DNA of 64,000 nt from Botryllus schlosseri (Eukaryota): assembly GCA_051294905.1 (NCBI GenBank), contig CM119382.1:25854001-25918000 (forward strand), in the 5' to 3' direction. A program made the translations under genes and the position numbers. Positions 52,223-64,000 of this stretch are shown here, piece after piece (position 1 is the stretch's first letter; the number at the start of each line of letters is the position of its first letter). Below the pieces are notes generated by a model. It saw nothing but the letters and a program-made list of their open reading frames with translations. It was not told the origin of the DNA and searched no databases.

Positions 52223-53799
52223 ATATAGATTGAGTGATTGATACATTTTGTGAAAATCTTTTAGCTGGACTTTGAATATGGTGGCTTTCTGATGAAAACA
52301 GCTGCTTCCTGCATGTTCTTCACATATTCAACTCAGTGCAGTTCCCCCTCTAGTCTAGTATGATTAGTGCAGTTCCCCCATCTAGTCTAGTATGATTCAA
52401 CAGGTATTAGGAACCAATATTATTCTTGCTAGTGTGAAGGTTTCAATGATTGCATACATACCATAGCATGTGGGGCTCGGTAACTACCATAGCGTTGATA
52501 ACCACTGTGTCCTTATGACATAGTGTGCGGCCTAGCATTAGCATAGTTTTCTGTAGTTGGACAATGCGATGGCCATACACTGTTCTGTTGACATAAGGTT
52601 TTTGTGCAGGTGTGCAAACATGTGTAGTAGCCTGGGTGAAAATTGGTGCATACGATTCAAAATTCTATGATCCAATAACATGACCCAATGACATTACAAC
52701 ATCCAAATGGAAAATTGAGATTGCTTTTCTGCCCCATTTCTTTGCTACACCAACTACTGTATGTATTTTCAAATTATTTCAGTAATTTTTTCGTTCTTAT
52801 ATGAGTTCTGTCATTTCTATTGAAATCCAGCTTCTTTATCCATACTCCAAAATTGAATAGGTTTGCAGCCATCAAATCTGATGAGCATACACTCATACTC
52901 TAATTGTCGTTGCGTCAATTACAGCTTCTTGCGCAGACTACAAATGTGAATAGAATTGCAGCCATCAAATCTAATGCACATACTGGTGTCGTCGAATTGT
53001 TGCGACATTTATATTAAATTTCAAGGCACCAACCAGTCTCGTTTATATCGTCGTGGTGGTATCAACCTAGCTTATGTCCGTTTTTCAAATTTTGAAGCTC
53101 CATTTTTTTAAGCTTGAACAAAATAATTTTCCAAAATGGTTATGTCTGTATCAAAGTTGATCGGGACCAATATATGGCTGAAAGAAGATAAAAATTTCAT
53201 GTTAATTTAATTTTCTGCGTGTCTTCACTGCTTCACGGTTGCAAACTTGCTAGCACTATGTAACGCAAGGCGGAAGTAGCCTATTTATGATGGTAAACTT
53301 GTGTAATCTGACTCCAGAAGGTTACTGTAGGATTCGCTGCGTATATCTTCCTTTCGGCGGAGCCTATCTTGTACACACATAAATCAAAATCACATGGACA
53401 ACTTTCTTGTTTCTGTCTCCACCACTTGTAAAGTTATTGAATCTTTCCAAAACGTAATGTTGAATATCTCCAAATTGATGAATGAATTACGTTGTCCCAC
53501 AAATATATATATACATATTTCACCATACACATATTATATCACATATCATGTCCTGTTATGTTGATCATTTCCTGTACAACGTTTCGAGATTCCGTACCAT
53601 ATGTGCTAACCGTAACACTGCGTTACCAATATATTTCATTTACTGTCATGTTTCAAGATATTCTACTGACTTTGTGTTATTTATTATTACCAAGTTAATT
53701 ACCAAGATAATTACCAAGATATATTCCGTTGAACACTATTTCGTCATTGTTGCACTTACTTCGCCTAGTTTCTCTACCATTAAATTATAATTTCGGAAC

Positions 53800-54190
53800 C
53801 TGTTGACTGGGAGAAATTGAGTTGTGACATCACTGATATAGACATGTAGTGATGAAACAATTGACTCCATTATTAGCTTGCCGTACAATTTGTATTTTAA
53901 ATAGGCTTTTCGAAGTACAGAACTTCAATACTGCAGCAAACAATACGTTCATAATTGTTGAATTTATTCCACTGGTAGCTTTTCGACTGGCTCTCAGCAG
54001 TGAACGCCAGTAAATGAGGTTAACCAAGTTCGAAATATAGAAATAATTTTGTCGTTGTGACGTAATAATGACAAGTACACAAATCGCGAACGGCAGTAAA
54101 CAGCGCACGGTTACCGTACAGCACACACAAAATCACCTGTAGAACAGCCGAATGACAAAACAACACTAATGGAAGATTCCCAGTGTGTAG
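53800..54190 (-). mobile_element. Penelope-like pLTR/ORF-start fragment of a second family
   Basis: Translation RASRKATSGINSTIMNVLFAAVLKFCTSKSLFK parallels RGTRKVFEFNKYTATMDVVLKAIFKFCTTNQLFK of the 28351 ORF; degenerate hammerhead at about 53968-54004. Confidence 0.65.
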
Positions 54191-54194
54191 AGAT

Positions 54195-56010
54195 CAGACA
54201 TGGGGTGATTACTTCATGAATGTAATCGATTGCGATTACGATTACTTCTGAATGACGCGATTACGATTACATCAAAATCATGAATTAATCGATTACGATC
54301 ACATTTATTTTGCATGTTAGAATTTATATTGGAAGACAATATATGGATTGCGCTGAAAACGACTAATGAGATAACAAACTTCCTTTAAAAAGATGCGTCA
54401 TTTGCTTGTTACGTCATAATGCATATATTGCCCGTTTTTATAGTGGACGATCGCTCCCAACGATTTGCATCCCCTCAAAATAGTCGGTTCAACAGTTATA
54501 TTACAGATATTTCGTCAAAGGAGCTATATTTACCCTATATTTTCAATTGTCAATGTCAATCCACATTCGTGACGTCATTGCTTCAAAAAAAGAATCAATA
54601 AAAAACATGTTTTAAACAAAAGCCTTCTTTTAAACATGTTTGCTTTAAATTGATTTTTGTTCTAGAAGCACCACTAATTTATAGTAATGGGCATTTAGGT
54701 TCCAGTCAATACCGTGCCACAACACACCAAAAGACATATGCAGTTTCGACCAACACGCGACTTCATGAAGTGTGCTACTAAAGAAAGACCTTGGCCGAAA
54801 CTTAGGGCATGTGCCCATTGTCAATAGCCGCGCTGGGTGGGCATGACTAATAGTCTGGTCCTTCCAATCTGAGTCCACAGTGCAAATGCCACTCCCGGGC
54901 ACCCACAGAGCCTTAAAGGCATGACAATTTGTGTGTGCGTCTCACAAAAGTATTTTTTCTTTTATTCTGCTACGTTTGGGATACAACAATATCTTTTGAT
55001 TATATAACAGACCGGAGGCCATGAATTAACAACATATACTAAAGTAATTATAACAAGATACCAGACGTAAATCTGACCGTCGGGGGCAGAGAGAGGATTA
55101 AAAATTAATAATGATATAATGCTAACCAATGTTATTGACGCCATTCAGTCTTCAACTTGAAAATATCACCCTATGGGGGCCAAAGACCAACGTTTGGACC
55201 AGGGGACGAATTGCTGTTTTGGTTCTGATTCTAGGTATATCCCACGCTAACATGACATATAAGTCCATGGCTATGACAGCAGTAAAGTCATATGAGAATA
55301 AGATGAAGAGAACAGAAAACTCTGCCTTCAACTTAATACAGATAATGCACTGCAAGAAACGGCTCGGTTATGATATATATCAGCAGCTGTTAATGTTTAA
55401 TGCTTCGTTTTATTTGACGAGTCCAAAATTTCAAATCTTTCTCCGGTGAACGTACGTACTACATAGGCATACTGCTCGCCAATCAGCAACGGTCAAACTG
55501 CGTTTAACTAAGCATAACCAAACATCAATGCATAAGTTACTATTTTGAACTAGGCAAAGTGGTGATTAATTATCCTGCTGCGGGGTACTATGGCTTGTGG
55601 GACGTGTTGATAAGCTGATAAACAGCACAGCTGGTGTTCTTACAATCACACTAATGTTTGTACGTACATCGAATATCTATTTACTGTGGTACGCAATGAC
55701 TAGCAAAGCTAATAGGCTAGTTCTGATGTAATAATGGGCAATGGCATTTGAAAATCAGACGTTTGTGCTATCACGTAACTGGTATAAATAACATCTCTTC
55801 CTTGTTCTCGAATATTCAGTTCATTTCATAATCCTTGTACAAATAAAAAGTAATCGTTCTTTCACAAAGAAATCGATTAGATATGGGAAATAGTCGATTA
55901 CGATTACTTCGGAATTTTTTCGAATGTAATCGATTGCGATTACGATTACTTGAAAATGCTGTAATCGCCGTAATAGATTACGATTACTAATCACGATTAC
56001 CCAATGTCTG
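54195..56010 (-). mobile_element. Non-autonomous hAT element with GTAATC arrays, copy B (inverted)
   Basis: Same TIR and internal blocks as 48578-50517 in reverse; perfect TSD GTAGAGAT. Confidence 0.92.
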
Positions 56011-56079
56011 GTAGAGATTTTCCTTCTGGCGGCAAAATTCTTTCTATATTTCAAACTTGGTTAACCTCATTTACTGGCG

Positions 56080-56119
56080 TTCACTGCTGAAGAGAGCCAG
56101 TCGAAAAGCTTCCAGTGGA
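56080..56119 (+). ncRNA. Minimal type I hammerhead ribozyme motif with canonical core
   Basis: Stem I UUCACUG/CAGUGGA, CUGAAGA, helix II GA/UC, GAAA, palindromic helix III AAGCUU, cleavage triplet UUC; lies in a PLE pLTR fragment. Confidence 0.75.
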
Positions 56120-56792
56120 ATAAATTTAACAATGTGAACGTATTGTTTGCTGCAATTTGTATTTTTTGAATCAGTGTGATAGTAGCTTTCAATTGAGGCT
56201 GGGTTTATTGAATTGTTTATAAGTAGGGCTGGGTTGGGCTGTGCATAATGATTCGAGTACTAGAAATCTGAATCGAGTATCGATTGTAATGATACGAGTC
56301 AAGTAGGCAGAGTTGATTTTTTTCAAGTAGGCTACTAAAATTATAAAAGTTACTTAGCACTAAGAATTGATTGATCAAAGAGAATTTAGATTTGATACGA
56401 TTTACTGCTATGGCAGTTGGCAGTGTTGAAACCAAGCGGTCCTACAGCATTGTGACTAAGTGCGATTATGGTTTAAAAATACCAAATTATCTATCAATAC
56501 TGGCGATCATTCTTGTGGGCGCATAAAAGATATTGAGCTTACCTCATCGTACACACTTTGTCGTCATAATGGGTGATACTCGACTTGAAGCCTAATATTG
56601 GATTCATAATCGAATCACTGAGGTATTCAATTTTCCCTGCCCTAGCTATAAGATTATGATGATTTTATGATGGATTTGGTTGAATATATTTAAGAATTGA
56701 ATTCAATTATATATGACACCTACTTGGTTAGCATTCAATTTCTGGATGCTTTTAATACAGTTTGTCATCCAGTATCCTAATTCATATATAAA

Positions 56793-58115
56793 ATGTTGCG
56801 GATTAAATCAAATATTGGATTCCAAATAGGGCATATGCTAAGAAACATGTCTACTAAGCTGCAAGGAACAAAAAGAATCAAAGATGTCACCGAAAACGTC
56901 TGGACAGAATACACCGCACTCGCCGCAGCTCACAAGGCAGTAAACCTCGGCCAAGGATTTCCAGATTTTAGTCCGCCAGACCACGTCAAAAAAGCACTCG
57001 CCACTGCTTCCACTGGACCGAATCATTTGCTGAATCAGTACACAAGAGGTACGGGCCATCCTAAGCTTGTAAATATATTGTCTAAGGTCTACGGAAAACT
57101 TATGGCGAGAGACATAAGTCCGATGTCTGAAATTCTGATCACAACCGGTGCTTATGGTGCACTGTTCTGCACATTCCAAGCGTTTATTGAAGAGGGTGAT
57201 GAAGTCATTATCATCGAACCTTTCTATGACTGCTACAAACCTATGACTCTAATGGCTGGTGGAATACCTAAGTACGTTCCGTTACGACCTAAATATACAG
57301 AAGGGAAGGAGCCGTCTTCTGGTGACTGGGTGTTTGATTTGGATGAATTGAAGGCGGCCTTCACTGAAAAAACAAAGGCCATCGTTGTCAATAATCCTCA
57401 CAATCCACTTGGAAAGATCTACAATGTGGATGAGCTACAGATTATTGCAGATCTTTGTAAAAAGCATGATGTCCTGTGTATCAGTGACGAAGTCTATGAG
57501 TGGTTACAATATGGAAAAGCTGAGCATGTAAGGATTGCGACACTGCCGGGTATGTGGGATCGTACTGTAACTATCGGGAGTGCTGGAAAAACTTTTAGCG
57601 TTACTGGTTGGAAAATTGGATGGGCAATGGGTGCACCTCATTTGTTGACCCATTTAAGCACGGTGTGGCAAAATTGTTGTTTTCACAGCAACACCCCTGC
57701 TGCAGAAGCAGTTGCTAATGCTTTTGAGAAAGAATTATCGATCTTTGATTCCAACGAGTGCTACTTCAAGTCGCTACCGAAAGAACTTGAAGGAAAGCGG
57801 GACGCCCTTGTCCCTGTCTTAAAGGACATCGGTATGAAACCTATTATTCCAGACGGCGGATACTTCATGGTTGCAAACATTGCTGATCTTGATCCTACAA
57901 TCGGCGAAAAAGAATTTCCCAATGATTTTCGAGATGCTAGGTTAGTCAAATGGATGACTGTGCACAAAAAGGTTGCCACCATTCCTTGCAGCGCTTTCTT
58001 TAGCGATTCGAACAAGGCGCTCGGCTCTAATTATGTGAGGTTCTGCTTCTGCAAAGATGAGCAGACTCTGACGGATATGAAGGCGATATTCGGCGAATGG
58101 AAGAATGAAATTTAG
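56793..58115 (+). CDS. KYAT3: Kynurenine--oxoglutarate transaminase / cysteine conjugate beta-lyase (KYAT1/KYAT3 family, co-orthology unresolved), intronless
   Basis: Uninterrupted 440-aa ORF; [37 protein letters not shown] lysine motif [22 protein letters not shown]. Confidence 0.95.
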   Translation: MLRIKSNIGFQIGHMLRNMSTKLQGTKRIKDVTENVWTEYTALAAAHKAVNLGQGFPDFSPPDHVKKALATASTGPNHLLNQYTRGTGHPKLVNILSKVYGKLMARDISPMSEILITTGAYGALFCTFQAFIEEGDEVIIIEPFYDCYKPMTLMAGGIPKYVPLRPKYTEGKEPSSGDWVFDLDELKAAFTEKTKAIVVNNPHNPLGKIYNVDELQIIADLCKKHDVLCISDEVYEWLQYGKAEHVRIATLPGMWDRTVTIGSAGKTFSVTGWKIGWAMGAPHLLTHLSTVWQNCCFHSNTPAAEAVANAFEKELSIFDSNECYFKSLPKELEGKRDALVPVLKDIGMKPIIPDGGYFMVANIADLDPTIGEKEFPNDFRDARLVKWMTVHKKVATIPCSAFFSDSNKALGSNYVRFCFCKDEQTLTDMKAIFGEWKNEI

Positions 58116-58399
58116 AAATTTCAAAAATACTAAAACGGTTGCATTTCTATCAGTTCCAATTGTGTGCCAAGCATTGTCATCTTCTAATTTTACTGACTTG
58201 TCTTGAAAAATTTGTCATTTACCTATAAATCATGTCATCAACATGTACACTTTTCGCAGACAAGCGATTTCAAAAGTGTGGGCAATTTTGAGAGATGGGT
58301 GAGAATAATGATGTGGTGAAGAACGTTCATTCGGTCGACTTAATTTCATTAACAATCTAGTTTCTTGCAAAGTTCAATGCATAATTATATTATTGATTA

Positions 58400-58840
58400 C
58401 ACCATGTAACAAAATTTTGCAAAAGTTTTAGTTGGTGAAAATTTTTATGTACTGTGTTTTAGTATTCCAATCTAATTACCAAAATTTTTCCTGAAGTGTC
58501 CCACAAACTTCGAAGAAATGTCAATTTCTCTAATTTTACTCATAATTGCTCCTAAACGCTAATGAAAAGGTTAATATGAACAAATATAGCTTACTCATGC
58601 ATCAAGTAACTAATCAACACTTATAAAATCGACAGAAGTGATTTTGTTTGCGTCAATGGCGTCTGTGAAATGAGAAATCTTCTTATTATAGACAAAAAAT
58701 AACACCGTGTAACAAAATTTTGCAAAGTTTTATTAGAGTAAAAATTTCTATGTATTGTGTTTTGCTATTCCAAACCAATCACTATAATACAAAAATTTCT
58801 TTTGAAGTGTGCCTAGTCTTTGAGAAATGTCACTTTTTAT
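58400..58840. repeat. Diverged direct duplication of about 130 bp
   Basis: TGTAACAAAATTTTGCAAA...TGAAGTGT...GAAATGTCA at about 58405 and 58708. Confidence 0.7.
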
Positions 58841-59493
58841 GATTTCCTGTTTTACTCAAAATTGCCCTGTAATAATACGCATACTTCCTTATTGGACGTA
58901 CAAATCCACTAACAAAACGAAGTAATACGCACAAATACTGGCCACAATAGATTTTAAAAAGATGGAAACACTTCAAAAAATTTCTTGAGTGGTTTTGTTT
59001 GCATGATTTGGATCTATAGACTGAGAAATCCACTGGTATTACGGAATGCCATGAAAATCGTTCATGCGAAGGACATCGTTTCCTAGTTTCAACCTTGGAG
59101 TCGGAATTTCCGCATTTAATCTAGTGAGTCTCGGCTGAATCAACAAGTTCGTGTTGGTTACGAATGTATGGTTTTGGATTTATATCTATATGAGAGATGT
59201 TGAAGTCGTCATCGGAGTCATTCTCTGTATTATAAGAGCCATAAATTTTCGAAGAAACCACTTTCTCATACACTCACCAATCATTGATCAAATTCGTTCA
59301 TTTATTCAAAAATATTTCGCGCTTCGTGGGACTAGAAGCCGAATGAACTCTGATTTTTTTTATCGCATCCATATTACCGATTTGGGCTCGCCTGTGAATC
59401 GGCCGCCAATCCAGATATAGTCCTCATCTGCAATAAGGGGTGCGTCTCTGAATTGTATGAACCAGGCCAGGGGTAGTGCCGGGTCGGATGAAC

Positions 59494-60163
59494 TATAGAT
59501 TACTAACCTACGGATAGATACGCAAGTCCCGTCGTTACGCTCCGGTAAGCAGTTAAGTTACACTTATTGCTGAGCTATCTAAAAGCAGCATTATAGAATG
59601 TAAACGTGGAATGGCAACGACCGATTTTGCAGCTTCATTCCGCTTCGCTGAAGCTTTACTCGGACTTATTTTACGGCAGCTACTGTGGGATGTCTGGCAA
59701 GCCAAAAGTCGTCTTCCAGAGCTCAGAATTAACTGAATCTGGTCTTGATCGAAAGCTACTGTTACACTGACTGCGAAAATGAAAATAAGATTAGGCACTG
59801 AACCGCATAGAATTCGCCCTCCAAGTCTGAATTATCGGCATTGTCCGAATAATCGAAGAGCCGCAATGAACCATTGTTATGGTCATTGTTTTGCGGTCAT
59901 CCGATTGTTCGGAGCAATGCAGATTTTAGATGTTGCGCGTGATTTTTCATCTAAGTGCGGAGGCTGACCATATTTTGATTGATATTTTGGGAATTAGTGC
60001 AACAGTAGCTTTCGATCAAGACCAGATTCAGTAAATTCTGAGCTCTGGAAGACAACTTTTGGATTGCCAGAAATCCTACAGTAGCTGCCGTAAAATAAGT
60101 CTGAGTACAGCTTCTGCAGAGCGGAACGAAGCTGCAAAATCGGTCGTTGCCATTTACATTCCA
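59494..60163. mobile_element. Truncated foldback MITE of the TATAGA-terminus family
   Basis: Left terminus as at 19677 and 15069; inverted arms at about 59610-59770 and 59995-60163; outer right end missing. Confidence 0.75.
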
Positions 60164-60622
60164 TAATGGGAGACATTCACATCCATGGTCACACCACTAG
60201 AGGCGCGCCATTCCAGTCCTTGCATCACTTGGATATAATGTCTACTATCAATGAGCGGTCTCTAATAGATATCGCATCCTTGCAACGGAGAATACGTTTT
60301 ATCAAGCAACAATCGTGCAAAAAATACCAAACCATCATTTTGTTCAAAACGGGGTAGTTATTTTTCATAGATTTAGAGCTATTGTATTTCTAAAACGGGC
60401 TCAATACAGACCGTTCGCCATATTTTTAAGTACCGCTATAGTCTAAATAATTTGTCTCTATTTGGGGTAGTTCCACGGCCTTAGTCATGACAAGAAATAT
60501 TTCATGAAAAGCAATTTCCCAAGCCTCACTGATAGATTTGTCAAGCAAAAAGTATTTATAATAAAAGCCTGTATTTTCCTTCATATATATTAGAGCAATT
60601 TCCGAGCTTTGCGCGTGAAATA

Positions 60623-61921
60623 ATGCCTCAGTATTGTTGCGTTCCGGAATGTAAAAATCGGATAAGGGGGAAACCTTTTCCCCGGCGTAAAGAAATTGCG
60701 ATTGCAGTGGCGAGTTGCAATCAGACGGAGCGATAAGGCGACAAAAGATCTGTGGGAGCCGAACCTTGATTTCGACGTGGTTTGCCACGATCATTTCGCC
60801 AAGTCGGATTACCTGCAAGATTGCAAAAGGAGGCTTTTGAAACCCGGAGCTGTACCGTCAGTATTTGCTGATCGACCTTCGAAGCCCGTTAAAATAAGGT
60901 CTCAGTATAATCGCTCAGTCCCACCGTTGAGCACGCAGCCGCAAATTTTAGAAACTGATGACGAATCGTTACATTTGATGCCAATCCAACACACCATTGT
61001 CTCTACACAGACAGACGCCGTCGATAATAGAAATCTGACCCCTGAGAGTATGCTGTCCGCACGTCCACAAATTCGCGTGGCTAATTTCAAATCAGACGAC
61101 AAAGGAATACAACAATACTTTACTGGCTTTGAGAATTTTGCGCATATGAGGTTGTTTTATGATATACTTTTGGAGAACCCGGAAAAGCCCAAATACCTTT
61201 GCTCAATGCTATCACATATGGATCAACTTTTCCTAGTATTAATAAAACTGCGCCTGAACCTTGATCATCCGTTACTATCCTACATGTTTGATATTTCGGA
61301 GGCCACGGTTTCAAGAATCTTCAATTCGTGGATTAAGCATTCATATTCGACCTTGAAAAAAATGAATATTTGGCCAACAAAATCAACCATTTTACATACG
61401 ATGCCTGAAAGTTTCAAGAAGCAATTTCCATGTACTAGAGTAATAATTGATTCTACGGAAATTCCCATAGAAAAACCCTCCGATATCAATGCGCAGAAAC
61501 AGACCCTTTCGACGTACAAAAACCGAAACACGATCAAAGTGCTTGTTGGAATAACGCCAAAAGGGGCAGTATCATTTATAAGCGATTGGTATGGTGGATC
61601 AACGAGTGACAGGCAAATGATTGAGCAATCAGCCTTTTCTGCAGAATGCATCCTCCCTATTTCAGAAAGGCGATAGTTTGACGTAGCAACGTATCAACAC
61701 CCCTTCCTTCCTGAAAGGACGAGCAAGGCTTGGCGCATCAGAGCGAAAATCGGATTTCGCCGTGTCCTCAAAGCGAGTGCACGTAGAAAGAATAATAGGG
61801 TAGGCTACGATAAGACTTATAAAATTTTGCAGGGTGTTATACCATTCAATTTACTGGCTTTGTGCAATATGATTGTCTTTGTCTGTTTTATGCTGGTTAA
61901 TTTTCGTAAACCTATCATGTG
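60623..61921 (+). pseudogene. THAP-HTH-DDE (DDE_Tnp_4 type) transposase with frameshifts
   Basis: MPQYCCVPEC...FP...W...VCHDHF THAP; DQLFLVLIKLRLNL; VIIDSTEIPIEKP, YKNRNTIKVLVGITPKGAVSFISDWYGGSTSD, RVHVERII. Confidence 0.9.
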
Positions 61922-61924
61922 ATG

Positions 61925-63159
61925 AGTGATCCTCCAATTCCTCTCTCTGACCCATAATGCACAGTCACTCTGCATTACACTCAGTTCCTCTATTTGTTTT
62001 GCTTTTACGCGAGAGACCTGCAAAAACCAACCATTATCAGGATATGAAGTAGTTAACATGAATGCAGCTTACCATGAGCGCATCATCAACCCAGTATTCC
62101 GTAAACTTTCTTTCCAAATAATCATGTTCAACAACTGCGGCAGCCAAATTCGCATGTTGAAACAAATACTTGGCAGATATATCGTGATCATTTGCTGAGC
62201 AATAATGAAGAATTTTTATTCTGGCTTTTTGATGGAAAGCTTCATCATAATTTTTTTCGAACTCCTTTTTCCCATTAAAGATCTCTTCGGCAGTTAAAAA
62301 TTTACCTCCATTTTTTGAGACTGATTGGTGAAAGCTCTGAAGTTCTTCGGTGCACAATTTTTTTATTCTAGCATTGCCGGTCAAACCACATTCAACTAGC
62401 ATCAATGCAATGCAGGCTACATGTTTGCATGGCGCATTCAACCCGTCACCTGCAGTACATTCACATTCGCTGTTCATCAATTCTCCTGACGTGACGTGTT
62501 ACATCTTAATTTGCACCAGTATTTGGCATGACGTTTCATTGATGCCCTGACCATTCCCGTATAAAAATATTGTTCACCAACCATTAGCACGGAACAAGCT
62601 TCAACGCACATGGCTTCCAGCATTTTCATTCCCTTGGAAACTGATTTAACTTCTTTCACGCCATCCGTGCTACCAAACTTTATAAAATAACTCATGATGA
62701 GGGCATTGCTAATGGATGGAATCATATCCGGTTGAAGTGTCATATAACCATTCATTGGCCAAGGAAATCGTTCTCCAGCTGTTCGAATAAAATTCCCGCA
62801 CCTGAAGTCCTCGTTTCTGTCATACGCGCATAACCTGAATACAGATACATTATGTATAATGTATCACGGTCTGTTAAAAAATTATTTAGGATTGTTGTGA
62901 CTGGTGACGATAGGCATGGAGATCTCGATTACAGTTTTTTTTTTATCTAGTCGTTATCTCATGCATGCGCGGGAAAATGTCAGTTTTTGTTTTGTAGAAT
63001 AAGTGTATCAATATTGTTACGGTACTGTCCTGATACTAACCATTCCACCAAATCACTCTTTCGGCCAGAAGTCCTGGCACCTCTTTTGGACAATTCTGTT
63101 TTCAGGCGGTCTACGGTCCACGAGGAAAATGTATTGGCATTCGATGACGTAGAACTCAT
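61925..63159 (-). pseudogene. Spliced SAP-SWIM-(YqaJ) accessory gene, 3-prime truncated
   Basis: Exon 63159-63041 WTVDRLKTELSKRGARTSGRKSDLVE; GT-AG intron to 62834; CECTAGDGLNAPCKHVAC; last exon IEELSVMQSDCALWVRERNWRIT. Confidence 0.75.
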
Positions 63160-63240
63160 AATGTTAGTTGATCTTTTTCGAATGATGTGAATAACTTAAG
63201 ACTAATCGATGGTATGATGCACTGCCGAGTGCCGATAAAG

Positions 63241-63921
63241 CAGGGCTGGCCAACCTTTTCAGCCAGAGGGCCACATTCGATTGACGAACTGTTGCGCGGG
63301 CCACTAGTTCACAGGACAATAATATTGTCACCTGACTATATTGCGGGCATGCCGTATATCGCTGGGCTCAGTTTGCAAGGACTGGGCTATCGTTGTCTGG
63401 ACATATCGATATCGAAAGATTCGACCAACATGCGTCAATCATTTTGTGCCTAGGTTTCATAGTCGACGGTCTTCCTGCGAGTGCAAACTCAAAGTCGCAT
63501 ATGTTGAAAGACACTTTGTCTCGTAATCGCGAATATAGTTAGATTCAATCTGATACATTAGGCGTTCTTTCATTTTCGCAAAGGGGCAACAATATTAAAA
63601 GCAAGAAATCGAGTGACAACATGTTGCGCGAAGCGTGTACAAAATTTTTACTTTTGATAAATCTATCGCAAATTGTTCTGCTTTATTGTTTGTAGTGTAC
63701 GAAGATCTACCAATATGTGACTGGCGCATGGATCTGCCAATGCGTCGTAACAGATATTTTAGTGATCACGTCTCAAGTGTTGCGGCCAGGCTAATCAAAT
63801 TTTTGGTTGGCCTCACAAGTTCACAATCTGTGCAATCCATTTTTGATAACATTAGAAATTTCGGAAATTACCTCGCGGGCAACTCAAAACCTTCCCGCGG
63901 GCCACGGGCTGGCCGGCCCTG
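63241..63921 (+). mobile_element. hAT (Buster-type) MITE inserted in the ISL2EU element
   Basis: CAGGGCTGGCCAACC / GGCCGGCCCTG ends; perfect TSD CGATAAAG. Confidence 0.93.
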
Positions 63922-64000
63922 CGATAAAGGCTTAAATCACTATAGTTTTCTTGGTAGTGAGAACACCGTGAGATCACAAGTAGGACTGGAAGGGCGCGCC

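Larger units (their letters stand above)
60187..64000. mobile_element. ISL2EU-type DNA transposon with two convergent genes, running off the window
   Basis: GGCGCGCC(A/C)TTCCAGTCCT at 60202-60220 inverted at 63982-64000; left end inferred at AT|GGTCACACC. Confidence 0.75.

Noticed and set aside
46000-53800. Short ORFs of 60-110 aa in AT-rich sequence
   Set aside because: No recognisable motifs or consistent splice pattern; most overlap MITEs
56793-58115. Bacterial horizontal transfer as the reason for no introns
   Set aside because: By eye the protein follows animal KYAT1/3 motifs and insertions; only a phylogeny would be decisive
60194-60208. CTCF-like motif CCACTAGAGGCGC
   Set aside because: One base short of the usual spacing and explained as part of the transposon terminus

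Overview
Metazoan genomic DNA (probably a marine invertebrate; inferred from the TE repertoire only) made almost entirely of nested transposable elements around one intact host gene, an intronless kynurenine aminotransferase (KYAT1/3 family, 56793-58115). Elements delimited by reading TIRs/LTRs and TSDs: a near-complete Gypsy LTR retrotransposon, a scrambled Penelope-like element whose ORF can be reassembled, RTE-like and L2/Crack-like LINE remnants, a tRNA-derived SINE, and DNA transposons or MITEs of the hAT, P, Kolobok, piggyBac, PIF/Harbinger, ISL2EU, CACTA-like and Zisupton/KDZ-like groups, plus weaker Sola2-like and Ginger-like remnants. Top signals: (1) the Gypsy element has no tRNA primer-binding site and instead carries a 15-nt sequence complementary to its own LTR, suggesting self-priming in an element with no visible chromodomain; (2) minimal hammerhead ribozymes in two Penelope pLTR families, with a compensatory C3-G8 versus U3-A8 core; (3) the intronless KYAT, a retrogene candidate. 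All calls were made by eye, with no database search or computed alignment.
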